Assembly: GCA_965242525.1 (NCBI GenBank)
Contig: OZ251459.1
Location: 3,584,001-3,648,000, forward strand
Length of the DNA: 64,000 nt
Direction of reading: 5' to 3'
From: an uncultured Candidatus Binatia bacterium
GTDB taxonomy: Bacteria; Desulfobacterota; Binatia; UBA9968; JAJDTQ01
The translations under genes were made by a program, and so were the position numbers. Below are positions 41,665 to 50,901 of this stretch, in pieces (within the stretch, counting starts at the first letter, position 1; the number at the start of each line of letters is the position of its first letter). Below the pieces are notes generated by a model. That model did no database searches, had not been told where the DNA came from, and saw only the letters and a program-made list of their open reading frames with translations.

Positions 41665-42570
41665 ATGTCTTCCAACGGGACTTTTCCCCTGTTCGGTACG
41701 GGCGGCAACGGGTATGGCGGGCTTGCTCCCTGTCGGCCTTTGATGAAGTGGCCTGGCGGGAAAAGCGAAGAACTGCCTGTCATCCGTTCCTGCATACCGC
41801 CGCATACGCGCTACTTCGAACCGTTCCTGGGTGGAGGCGCGGTCTTCTTCGACGCAATCCAGGTCCCTTCCTTCCTCAACGACAAGCATGAAGACCTGAT
41901 GAACTTCTACGCTTGCGTTCAGAGGCAGACCCATAACTTCTTCCGGTCGTTGGATGCCTGGATCGACAAGTGGGACGAAGCCTCCCTCGAAGCGCGAAAC
42001 GCCATGTACTACGAAGTGCGCGGACGGTACAACGCCAACGACCGCACTGCGACGGCCCAGGCGGTGGACTTCTTCCTGCTTCGCGAGTTGGCTTACGGGG
42101 GAATGTTTCGAGTCAATTCCCGCGGCGCTTTCAACGTTCCTTTCGGACGGGCGTATGCCCTGAACAAGAACCTCCGGGACAAGGTGGACAACCTGCGCTC
42201 GGAAAGCGTAGTCGCAAAGATGGGGCGCGCCACTTTGAGCGCAAGGGACTTCGGGGAGTTCATGGAAGGGTTCCGGTTTACCAAAGATGACTTCATGTTC
42301 GTCGATCCGCCCTACGACTCCCGATTCTCGAAATACGATCAGCACGACTTCGACTCTGCGGACCACGAACGGCTGGCGAATATGCTGGAAAAGTTTCCCG
42401 GACGGTTCATGCTGATCTGCAAATCGACCCCGTTCGTCGAACGGGTCTATCTCGATCATTCCCGGTGGCATGTCCATCGCTACCAGCGCAACTACCGTTT
42501 CAACATCAAAGGACGGTTCTCCCGTTCCGTTACCCATGTAATGGTAGTGAATTATGACGCGCATCCCTGA
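41665..42570 (+). CDS. D12-class N6-adenine DNA methyltransferase (Dam/DpnIIA-like)
   Basis: KWPGGK, YFEPFLGGGAVFF, FNVPFG, DPPY; start uncertain. Confidence 0.88.
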   Translation: MSSNGTFPLFGTGGNGYGGLAPCRPLMKWPGGKSEELPVIRSCIPPHTRYFEPFLGGGAVFFDAIQVPSFLNDKHEDLMNFYACVQRQTHNFFRSLDAWIDKWDEASLEARNAMYYEVRGRYNANDRTATAQAVDFFLLRELAYGGMFRVNSRGAFNVPFGRAYALNKNLRDKVDNLRSESVVAKMGRATLSARDFGEFMEGFRFTKDDFMFVDPPYDSRFSKYDQHDFDSADHERLANMLEKFPGRFMLICKSTPFVERVYLDHSRWHVHRYQRNYRFNIKGRFSRSVTHVMVVNYDAHP

Positions 42571-42670
42571 GAGGGAGCTCGTCCTGCCCGCCTTGCCGTT
42601 GCTCGCACGGGCCAAGGACGCCGGCCTGACCACATCTGGAATCAGGCGCTTCGGGAATTTCTGTGGGTAA
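42554..42670 (+). pseudogene. 5' stub of the gene coupled to the methylase (possible endonuclease), truncated by a family A element
   Basis: MTRIPERELVLPALPLLARAKDAGLTTSGI; start overlaps the methylase end; frame enters the element at 42645 and stops. Confidence 0.5.
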
Positions 42671-43018
42671 TGCAGGAGCGAAAGGGATCAGGCCGTCATT
42701 GCTCGACAGACGCCTGCTCCGTCATTCCCGCAGATGCCCACTCCGTCATTCCCGCGAAAGCGGGAATCCATCCGGTTCCATCGATCTCCTTGTACAAACC
42801 TCTCCAGGTCGGATAACCCTTCTCGATCCACTCGATCTTCCTTGCCCGATACCATTGCCTGACCGCCTTTCCTCTCTGGATAGCGCTTTCCAGGGGTCCG
42901 GGAACCTCGTATCCAATCAACCGGTGCACAGTGATGCAGGGCGCCCTGGGGTTGGCCGGAAGGATGGATTCCCGCTTTCGCGGGAATGACGGGGGGTGGG
43001 GCGTCTGCGGGAATGACG
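42645..43018 (-). mobile_element. Family A element with GIY-YIG fragment
   Basis: GGCGCTTCGGGAATTTCTGTGGG, inverted REPs, HRLIGYEVPGPLESAIQRGKAVRQWYRARKIEWIEKGYPTWRGLY. Confidence 0.82.
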
Positions 43019-43471
43019 GTCATGGGCGAATGCATCCTGAACCGCCTGGGACGGGGGCGCCGGGCCTTCAGCGCCGGCAGCCAGCCCCGGGGCGAGATCA
43101 ACCCCCATACCGTCGAGCTCCTGAAGAAGCTCAACTACGTGACCGACGACCTACGCTGCAAGAGTTGGGACGAGTTCGCGGAACCCGGCGCCCCCGAGAT
43201 GCAATTCGTCTTCACGGTCTGCGACCAGGCCGCCCAGGAAGCCTGTCCGCTATGGCCCGGCCAACCCATGTCCGCCCACTGGGGCATTCCCGACCCGGCT
43301 GCGGCCCGGGGGAACGAAGCCGAGAGGCGGGTGGCCTTCGCCGACGCCTACCGGATGCTGTACAACCGGATCTCGATCTTCGTCAGCCTCCCGCTGGCCT
43401 CCCTCGACCGGCTGACGCTGCAACGGCGCCTGGACCACATCGGGCGGCAAGGCGGACCGGGGGGCGCGTAA
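43019..43471 (+). pseudogene. arsC: Arsenate reductase (LMW-PTP type), 5'-truncated and lacking the catalytic P-loop
   Basis: Begins at VMGECILN; retains AFSAGS, KSWDEF, FTVCD.AA.EACP.WPG, HWGIPDP; expected LFLCTGNSARS is replaced by repeat. Confidence 0.8.
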
Positions 43472-43548
43472 CACGATTGCAACAAGCAGTTCATCCGCGT
43501 GTGATGCAAGGGCAACGAGGGCGTAATAAAAGTAATAGACGGTTCATT
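43468..43548 (+). promoter_or_regulatory. Pho-box-like tandem repeats upstream of pstS
   Basis: GTAACA/GCAACA/TTCATC/GTGATG/GCAACG/GTAATA at 11-nt spacing (43468-43523), then GTAATA 43532 and TTCATT 43543. Confidence 0.6.
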
Positions 43549-43638
43549 CCCATCGGGTAGGTTCCCGCCAGGATCGGTGGGGTCCTGCGGCTCGCCGCGG
43601 ACCCGGCGACAAAGGCATCATCCAAGGAGGATCGGACC

Positions 43639-44682
43639 ATGTATGGGAAAGGTGTGCTGAAGGCCGCGGTAGCGGCGCTGGCCGCGGCGGGTCTGGCGGC
43701 CCCGGCGGCGGCGCAACAGCGGGATTACATCCAGATCGTGGGGTCGTCCACGGTCTATCCGTTTACCACGGTGGTGGCCGAGCAGTTCGGCAAGACCACC
43801 AAGTTCAGGACCCCCAAGGTCGAGTCCACGGGCTCGGGCGGCGGCCTGAAGCTCTTCTGCGCCGGCATAGGCGTGGAGCACCCGGACATGACCAACTCGT
43901 CCCGGCGCATCAAGAAGAGCGAGGTCGAGCGTTGCGCCAAAAACGGCGTGGCGGAGATCGTCGAGCTCAAGGTGGGCTACGACGGCATCGCGGTGGCCAA
44001 CTCGAAGAAGAGCGCGGCCCTGAGCCTCTCCCCCCGGGACCTCTACCTCGCTCTGGCCAAGGACGTGCCGGCCAACGCGGACGGGTCCAGGCGGAAGCCG
44101 AACCCCAACAAGATCTGGAAGGACGTGAACGCCAAGCTCCCGGACAAGAAGATCGAGGTGCTGGGGCCCCCGCCCACGTCCGGCACCCGGGACGCGTTCG
44201 TGGAGTTGGTGATGGACGCCGGCTGCAAGACCTTCGCCGGCATCGCGAAGCTCTCCAGGAAGCCCCGCAGGGCGGCCTGCCGCACCATGCGCGAGGACGG
44301 CGCCTTCATCGAGGCGGGCGAGAACGACAACCTCATCGTGCAGAAGCTCGACGCCAACCCCAACGCGTTCGGGATCTTCGGCTTCAGCTTCCTCGACCAG
44401 AACACGGACAAGCTCCGGGGCGCGTCCATCAACGGCGTGGAGCCCGTGTTCGAGACCATCGCCGACGGCAGCTACCCGGTCTCGCGTCCGCTCTACGTCT
44501 ATATCAAGAAGGCCCACCTGGACGTGATCGCCGGCATGAGGGAGTTCCTCGCCGAATACGCCAGCGAGAAGGCGTGGGGCGACGACGGCTACCTGTCCGA
44601 CAAGGGGCTGATCCCCATGCCCAAAGAGGAGCGGGAGCAGTTCTCCGCGGACGTGGAGAACCTGAAGAACCTGGCTCTGTAA
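43639..44682 (+). CDS. pstS: Phosphate ABC transporter substrate-binding protein
   Basis: IVGSSTVYPF, ESTGSGGG, GPPPTSGTRDAF, YPVSRPL. Confidence 0.93.
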   Translation: MYGKGVLKAAVAALAAAGLAAPAAAQQRDYIQIVGSSTVYPFTTVVAEQFGKTTKFRTPKVESTGSGGGLKLFCAGIGVEHPDMTNSSRRIKKSEVERCAKNGVAEIVELKVGYDGIAVANSKKSAALSLSPRDLYLALAKDVPANADGSRRKPNPNKIWKDVNAKLPDKKIEVLGPPPTSGTRDAFVELVMDAGCKTFAGIAKLSRKPRRAACRTMREDGAFIEAGENDNLIVQKLDANPNAFGIFGFSFLDQNTDKLRGASINGVEPVFETIADGSYPVSRPLYVYIKKAHLDVIAGMREFLAEYASEKAWGDDGYLSDKGLIPMPKEEREQFSADVENLKNLAL

Positions 44683-44710
44683 CCCGGCCCCCGGCCACTG
44701 GCCCCGAGCT

Positions 44711-44741
44711 CGGCTGCGACGGGAGCGACCCGTCGCAGCCG
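44711..44741. terminator. 13-bp stem-loop between pstS and pstC
   Basis: CGGCTGCGACGGG-AGCGA-CCCGTCGCAGCCG; likely an mRNA-stabilising or partial-terminating hairpin. Confidence 0.55.
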
Positions 44742-44802
44742 GACCCTCGACCCGACCCCTCACAGCGAGGATGGAAACTGCCGACGCAACGGGCTCCCTG
44801 AC

Positions 44803-46182
44803 ATGGGCTCTCCAAGTTTGATCCTCGCGTTGCTGGGCTTGAGCTCGGTAAGCTACTACCTGGGCTGGAGACGGTCCATCTCCCTGGCCCGGGGGACCGT
44901 CCGCAACCTGCACTCCCTTCCCGGCTACCACGGCCTCTACACCGCCCTGTGGGTCGCGGTCCCGGCCCTGCTGCTGCTGGCCGTCGGAGTGACCCTCCAA
45001 GGCCCCGTCATCACCCGGATCGTGGTGGCCGACCTGCCCCAGGAGGTCCGGGACCTGCCGCCCGAGCGGCTCAACCTGGTCGTCAACGACATCCGGAACC
45101 TGGCGTCGGGCAACATCGCCTCCCGCAAGAGCCCCGCCATGATCGCCGCGGCGGAACGGTACGTGCGCTTGCAGGGCTACGGCGCCATCGCCCTCACCGT
45201 GGCGGTGCTCGCGCTGGCCACGGCCTGCGGCGCCCTGTCCTGGCGCACCATCCAACCCGGCAGGCGCGCGCGCAACTCGGTGGAGCGGATCATCCTGGGC
45301 TTCCTGATGGCCAGCTCCACCATCGCCATCCTCACCACCGTGGGCATCGTGCTGTCGGTGTTGTTCGAATCGCTCCGCTTCTTCCAGACGGTGCCGTTGC
45401 GCGAGTTCCTCTTCGGTGTCGAGTGGAGCCCCCAGACCGCCATCCGAGCCGACCAGGTGGGCGCGTCCGGGGCCTTCGGCGCGGTGCCGCTGTTCGCCGG
45501 CACCCTGCTCATCTCCTTCATCGCCATGCTGGTGGCCGTGCCCGTGGGCCTCATGTCGGCCATCTACCTCACCGAGTACGCCCGGCCCCGGGTGCGCGCA
45601 GTGGTCAAGCCCCTGCTGGAGGTGCTGGCCGGCATCCCCACCGTGGTCTATGGGTTCTTCGCGGCCCTGACGGTGGCGCCGGTCATCCGCGGATGGGGAG
45701 AGGCCCTGGGCCTCGACGTGGCGTCCGAGAGCGCCCTGACCGCGGGGCTGGTCATGGGGGTGATGATCATCCCGTTCGTCTCCTCGCTGTCCGACGACGT
45801 CATCAACGCCGTGCCCCAGGCCATGCGCGACGGCGCCTACGCCCTGGGGTCCACCCCGTCCGAGACCGTCAAGCGGGTGGTCATCCCCGCGGCCCTCCCC
45901 GGCATCGTCGGCGGCGTCCTGCTGGCCATCTCGCGGGCCATCGGGGAGACCATGATCGTGGTCATGGCCGCGGGGCTCGCCGCCAACCTGACGGCCAACC
46001 CGCTGCAGGCCGTCACCACGGTGACGGTGCAGATCGTGACCCTGCTGACCGGGGACCAGGAGTTCGACAGCCCCAAGACCCTGGCCGCGTTCGCCCTGGG
46101 CCTGGTGCTCTTCGTCGTGACCCTGGGACTGAACGTGGTGGCGCTGCACGTGGTGCGCAAGTACCGGGAGCAGTACGAATAA
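44803..46182 (+). CDS. pstC: Phosphate ABC transporter permease
   Basis: LAGIPTVVYG, SRAIGETM. Confidence 0.93.
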   Translation: MGSPSLILALLGLSSVSYYLGWRRSISLARGTVRNLHSLPGYHGLYTALWVAVPALLLLAVGVTLQGPVITRIVVADLPQEVRDLPPERLNLVVNDIRNLASGNIASRKSPAMIAAAERYVRLQGYGAIALTVAVLALATACGALSWRTIQPGRRARNSVERIILGFLMASSTIAILTTVGIVLSVLFESLRFFQTVPLREFLFGVEWSPQTAIRADQVGASGAFGAVPLFAGTLLISFIAMLVAVPVGLMSAIYLTEYARPRVRAVVKPLLEVLAGIPTVVYGFFAALTVAPVIRGWGEALGLDVASESALTAGLVMGVMIIPFVSSLSDDVINAVPQAMRDGAYALGSTPSETVKRVVIPAALPGIVGGVLLAISRAIGETMIVVMAAGLAANLTANPLQAVTTVTVQIVTLLTGDQEFDSPKTLAAFALGLVLFVVTLGLNVVALHVVRKYREQYE

Positions 46183-46186
46183 GCCC

Positions 46187-47476
46187 ATGGAACCGAGACC
46201 CGGCAACACCATGGAGAGCGTGCGCGGCACCCTTCCCCGCAGGCGCCGGGCCGAGCGCCGCTTCCGGAACATCGGGCGCTTGGCGGTGCTGGTGGGACTC
46301 GCGTTCCTGGCGCTGATGTTCGTCAGCATCGTCGCCAAGGGTTATCCCGCCTTCCGGCAGACCTGGGTGAAGCTGCCGGTCTTCTTCGACCCGCAGGTCA
46401 TCGACCCCAACGGCACGGGCGACGAGGAGGTCATCGGGGCGGCCGACTACGGCGCCCTGGTCAAGGCGTCCGTGCGCTCGCTCTTTCCCGAGGTGGGAGG
46501 CAGGAGGGACCGCCGGGACCTGGGCAAGCTCGTCAGCCCGGGCGCCGTCTTCCAGCTACGCCGCATGACCCTGGAGGACCCCTCGCTGGTGGGCGCCCGA
46601 GTCGAGGTATGGGCGCCCGCCAACGACGACTACGACATGCTCCGCAAGGGGAACGTCGATCGGAGCCTGCCGGAGAGCGACCGGCGGCTGTCCGACAGGC
46701 AGATCGGGTGGTTCGACCGGCTCGCCGCGGACGGGCGGGTGGAGTCGCGGTTCAACGAGACCTTCTTCACCGCGGGGGACTCCCGGGAGCCCGAGCTCGC
46801 GGGCGTCTGGGGCGCGGTCATGGGGTCGTTCTTCACCCTCACGGTCACCCTGCTGTTGTCGTTCCCGCTGGGGGCGGCCACCGCGGTCTATCTGGAGGAG
46901 TTCGCTCCCCGGAACCGCCTGACCGACCTGATCGAGGTGAACATCAACAACTTGGCCGCGGTGCCCTCCATCGTGTTCGGCCTGCTGGGCCTGGCGGTGT
47001 TCATCAACTTCTTCGGCCTGCCGCGCTCCGCGCCGCTGGTGGGAGGGCTGGTGCTCACCCTCATGACCCTCCCCACCATCATCATCGCCGGCCGCGCCGC
47101 GCTCAAGTCGGTGCCCCCTTCCATCCGGGACGCGGCGTTGGGGGTGGGCGCGTCGAAGATGCAGATGATCGTGCACCACGTGCTGCCTCTGGCCATGCCG
47201 GGCATGTTGACCGGCGCCATCATCGGCATGGCCCGGGCCCTGGGCGAGACCGCGCCGCTGCTGATGATCGGCATGGTGGCCTTCGTGGTGGACATCCCCC
47301 AGGGGGTCACGGACGCGGCCACCGCGCTTCCGGTGCAGATCTTCCTGTGGGCGGACAGCCCCGAACGCGCCTTCGTGGAGCGCACTTCCGCGGCCATCAT
47401 GGTGCTGCTGGCGTTCCTCCTCGCCATGAACGCCTTGGCCGTGGTGCTGCGGGGGCGCTTTGAAAGACGCTGGTAA
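46187..47476 (+). CDS. pstA: Phosphate ABC transporter permease
   Basis: NLAAVPSIVFG, ARALGETAPL. Confidence 0.93.
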   Translation: MEPRPGNTMESVRGTLPRRRRAERRFRNIGRLAVLVGLAFLALMFVSIVAKGYPAFRQTWVKLPVFFDPQVIDPNGTGDEEVIGAADYGALVKASVRSLFPEVGGRRDRRDLGKLVSPGAVFQLRRMTLEDPSLVGARVEVWAPANDDYDMLRKGNVDRSLPESDRRLSDRQIGWFDRLAADGRVESRFNETFFTAGDSREPELAGVWGAVMGSFFTLTVTLLLSFPLGAATAVYLEEFAPRNRLTDLIEVNINNLAAVPSIVFGLLGLAVFINFFGLPRSAPLVGGLVLTLMTLPTIIIAGRAALKSVPPSIRDAALGVGASKMQMIVHHVLPLAMPGMLTGAIIGMARALGETAPLLMIGMVAFVVDIPQGVTDAATALPVQIFLWADSPERAFVERTSAAIMVLLAFLLAMNALAVVLRGRFERRW

Positions 47477-47491
47477 AACTGGCACAAGGGA

Positions 47492-47550
47492 GGAGCCCTG
47501 AACGACCGTCTCCGTTCGTCCTGAGCGTAGCGAAGCGAAGTCGAAGGACG
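47492..47550 (-). repeat. Family B end and core palindrome inside the pst operon
   Basis: GGAGCCCTGAACGACC..CCGTTCGTCCTGAGCGTAGCGAAGCGAAGTCGAAGGACG. Confidence 0.8.
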
Positions 47551-47653
47551 CGCGCAAGGGACGCGCTTTCCCAGGGGAGAGACGGCGTCATTCAGCCGTT
47601 CCACGAAGAGGTTGCCCGCGCGTGCGGGATACACGGTCCGGGAGACGCCGACG

Positions 47654-48532
47654 ATGGCCAGCCAATCGAGTGCAGCAGTCATGGAAGCGGACACGCCGGA
47701 GTTCATGGAGACCGGGACGAGCGAGGCCGACGAGCGCCGGGAAAGCCGTGAGACCGTGGGCGCGCCGTTCATCGACGACCCGCGCATGACCTGCCGCGGG
47801 GTCAACGTCCATTACGGCGACAAGCAGGCCATCCGCAACGTGAGCCTGGACATCGGGCGGAAGCAGGTGCTGGCCATGATCGGGCCGTCCGGGTGCGGCA
47901 AGTCCACCTTCCTGCGCACCCTCAACCGGATGAACGACACCATCGACGGCTGCCGCGTGAGCGGCGAGATCAAGCTCGACGGCCTGGACATCTACGACAA
48001 GGACATGGACGTGGTGCCGCTCCGGGCGGAGGTGGGGATGGTGTTCCAGAAGCCCAACCCCTTCCCCAAGTCGATCTTCGACAACATCGCCTACGGCGTG
48101 CGCATCCACGGGTTGGCCGGGTCCAAGTCCGAACTGGACGGGATCGTCGAGAGCAGCCTGAAACGGGTGGGCCTGTGGGAAGAGGTGAACGACCGGCTCC
48201 ACCAGCCGGGCACCGGCCTTTCCGGCGGCCAGCAGCAGCGGCTATGCATCGCCCGGACCATCGCGGTGAGTCCCGAGGTCATCCTCATGGACGAGCCCTG
48301 TTCGTCCCTGGACCCCATCGCCACCGCCCGGGTGGAAGACCTGATCAACGAGCTGGGACGCGACTACGCCATCGCCATCGTCACCCACTCCATGCAGCAG
48401 GCCGCCCGGGTCTCGCAGCGGACCGCCTACTTCCACCTGGGAGACCTGCTGGAGATCGGCCCCACCGACCGGATCTTCACCAACCCCATCCACCCCCTCA
48501 CCGAGGACTACATCACCGGGCGCTTCGGCTGA
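47654..48532 (+). CDS. pstB: Phosphate ABC transporter ATP-binding protein
   Basis: [41 protein letters not shown]; start uncertain. Confidence 0.95.
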   Translation: MASQSSAAVMEADTPEFMETGTSEADERRESRETVGAPFIDDPRMTCRGVNVHYGDKQAIRNVSLDIGRKQVLAMIGPSGCGKSTFLRTLNRMNDTIDGCRVSGEIKLDGLDIYDKDMDVVPLRAEVGMVFQKPNPFPKSIFDNIAYGVRIHGLAGSKSELDGIVESSLKRVGLWEEVNDRLHQPGTGLSGGQQQRLCIARTIAVSPEVILMDEPCSSLDPIATARVEDLINELGRDYAIAIVTHSMQQAARVSQRTAYFHLGDLLEIGPTDRIFTNPIHPLTEDYITGRFG

Positions 48533-48640
48533 CGGGCGGTATCGCGTCATCCGTTGGGAAGTCTGCACTACCGGCAGGGCGACTCGAAACGCAACGCCAG
48601 GAGGTTGCCCCATGCAGCGAGCAAAGAGAAGATCCTCTCT

Positions 48641-48696
48641 CCGTTCGTCCCGAGTCCCCTCTCCGTTCGTCCTGAGCGTAGCGAAGTCGAAGGACG
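48641..48696 (-). repeat. Family B core palindrome with partial duplicate
   Basis: CCGTTCGTCCCGAG..CCGTTCGTCCTGAGCGTAGCGAAGTCGAAGGACG. Confidence 0.75.
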
Positions 48697-48719
48697 CGAC
48701 CCCGACGCCACGTCCGAAA

Positions 48720-49649
48720 TCAGTTGCCGGTGACCGAGTCCAGCTTGCCGAAGAGGGCTTCGAGCCGGTCCAGGGCTTCGGGCGGAAGGGGCGGCTCGAG
48801 CGCCGCGGCCACGTTGGCGTCGAGGTGGCCTTCGTCCCCGGTGCCGGTGAGCACCACGTCCACCCCCGGCTCGTGTACGCAGAAGCGGTAGGCCGCCTCG
48901 GTGAGGGTTTCGGCGCAGCCGTCTTCGGTGAGGAACTCCAAAGACCCGGCGCCGGGCGCAACCAGCCCCCGCCGCTCCAGGTCCCGGAGCAGCGGCGCGA
49001 GCCGCGACGGGTCGCTCAAGGCTCGCCGGACCGCGAACATCACCAGCGTGCCCACCCCCTTCTTCGCCGTGACCGGGAAGACGCTGCGCCGTGCGGACGG
49101 GTTCAGCAGGTTGAAGCCCGCCATCACCACGCCCCAATAGGGGTCGCGCAGACCGCGCCGCAGCATCTCGTGGCGCGGGTTGGCCGGGAACTCCTCGGTA
49201 ATGCCCACGGCGCGGACCTTGCCCGCCTCCCGCAAGCGCATGAGGGGAGGCGCCAGGACGCTGGCCGCGAAGTCGTAGCGCGCGGCGCTCACGCCGTGGA
49301 GATGGTAGATGTCCACGTAATGGGCGCCGAGCCGCTTCAGGCTCGCGTCGAGCCCCGCCCGGATGGTGGCCGCAGGGTCGGGATCACCGGGATCGGGCAG
49401 GGTCTTCTTGGTGGACAACACCACCCGGTCCCGCGGGACCCCGCGGATGGCCGAGCCGACGATCTCCTCCGTCCCGTAGGACTCCGCGGTGTCGAGCAGG
49501 TTGACGCCCAGGTCCAGCGCCCTGCGCACCAAGCCGACGGACTGCTTCACGCTCTTTCCGCCGCGCTGTCCGAGCCGGCTCGGGCCGCCGCAACCAAGCC
49601 CGACGACGCTCACCGTGATCCCGGTGTTGCCGAGTTCCCTGTAGTTCAT
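48720..49649 (-). CDS. Aldo/keto reductase
   Basis: MNYRELGNTG, DTAESYGTE, STK, SLKRL...VDIYHLH, GKVRAVG. Confidence 0.88.
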   Translation of the reverse strand: MNYRELGNTGITVSVVGLGCGGPSRLGQRGGKSVKQSVGLVRRALDLGVNLLDTAESYGTEEIVGSAIRGVPRDRVVLSTKKTLPDPGDPDPAATIRAGLDASLKRLGAHYVDIYHLHGVSAARYDFAASVLAPPLMRLREAGKVRAVGITEEFPANPRHEMLRRGLRDPYWGVVMAGFNLLNPSARRSVFPVTAKKGVGTLVMFAVRRALSDPSRLAPLLRDLERRGLVAPGAGSLEFLTEDGCAETLTEAAYRFCVHEPGVDVVLTGTGDEGHLDANVAAALEPPLPPEALDRLEALFGKLDSVTGN

Positions 49650-49929
49650 GGAAAGCCTGGCATCGAATGATTCCACTTGCGCCCGCGCCCTTCCGCACGG
49701 TTCGGGGACCCTGCACGGACAGCGGACGTTTGACAGATTCCACCCGGATTTACAAATTGGCCAGGGTTTCCGAGAGAGTGCAGCCGTTCGACCTCGACGA
49801 GTTCCTGAACGACCCCCATGAGCCGCCGCTACGGGGACCATACGTCCATGCCCGTGCGGTTGATTACCGGCCTGCGTTTGCTGTAATCGTTGGCGGCATG
49901 AAGCGCCCGCGGACCCGACGGAGGGACTC

Positions 49930-50835
49930 ATGGCCCAGGTAGTGGGATGCATGGCCATGTCCCACGGCCCCCAGTTGATGATGCCTCCCAACCGCTGGCA
50001 GGTGCTGACGGCCAAGGACCGGCGGGAGCATGGCGCCGCCCTCGACGCCGCGCCCCGCGACGAACCCGATGAGGTCAGGTGGTCCAAGTGGCGGCGTTGC
50101 ATGGAGGCCATCGACGCGCTCCGGGCCAAGCTTCGGGAATGGGACCCGGACGCGTTGGTCGTGGTGGGGGACGACCAGCACGAGAACCTGCTGGAAGACG
50201 CCATGCCGCCCTTCACCGTCTATGTGGGCGCCGAGGCCGAAGCCAGCGTGAGCCTGCGCTACTTCGACGAGCCCCCGTCCGCCAACCGCTCGCGCTACGA
50301 CGTGCCGCAACGGCTGGGGGAGGCCCTGGTGGAGCGGCTCATGGAGGACGGGTTCGACGTGGCCTGCTCCCGGAACCTCCGCCATCCGGGCGGGTTGGGG
50401 CACGCCTTTGCCCGGCCCCTGAAGTTCCTCGCCTCCGACGGCCGCATCCCGGTCCTGCCGGTGATGGTGAACACCTATTTCCCGCCGGCCCCTTCGCCCC
50501 GCCGCTGCATCGAGTTCGGCCGGGCCCTGGGGCGGGCGGTGGCCGCGGACCGCGAGGTCGGCAAGGTGGCGGTGCTGGCTTCGGGCGGCCTGAGCCACAC
50601 CCGCATCGACGAGGACCTAGACCGCAGGGTCGTCCGCGCCCTGGAGGCCAACGACATGGACGCCCTGGCGGACATGCCCGCCAAGGCGCTGGTCCGGGGG
50701 ACCTCGGAGATACGCAACTGGATGGCGGTGGCGGCGCTGGCGGACAGGCCCGCGCGGATGATCGACTACCAGCCCCTCTACCGGTCACCGCCCAACGTGG
50801 GCTGCGCCATGGGCTTCGCGGTCTGGGAGGGGTGA
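49930..50835 (+). CDS. Extradiol ring-cleavage dioxygenase, LigB-like
   Basis: SHGP, VGDDQHEN, GHAF, SGGLSH, SEIRNW. Confidence 0.82.
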   Translation: MAQVVGCMAMSHGPQLMMPPNRWQVLTAKDRREHGAALDAAPRDEPDEVRWSKWRRCMEAIDALRAKLREWDPDALVVVGDDQHENLLEDAMPPFTVYVGAEAEASVSLRYFDEPPSANRSRYDVPQRLGEALVERLMEDGFDVACSRNLRHPGGLGHAFARPLKFLASDGRIPVLPVMVNTYFPPAPSPRRCIEFGRALGRAVAADREVGKVAVLASGGLSHTRIDEDLDRRVVRALEANDMDALADMPAKALVRGTSEIRNWMAVAALADRPARMIDYQPLYRSPPNVGCAMGFAVWEG

Positions 50836-50901
50836 AGCGGGGCTGTCCTGCGCGGCGCGGAACCGCGAACGGAAGGACACGGTCCGAGGAGTGAACGCGC
50901 C

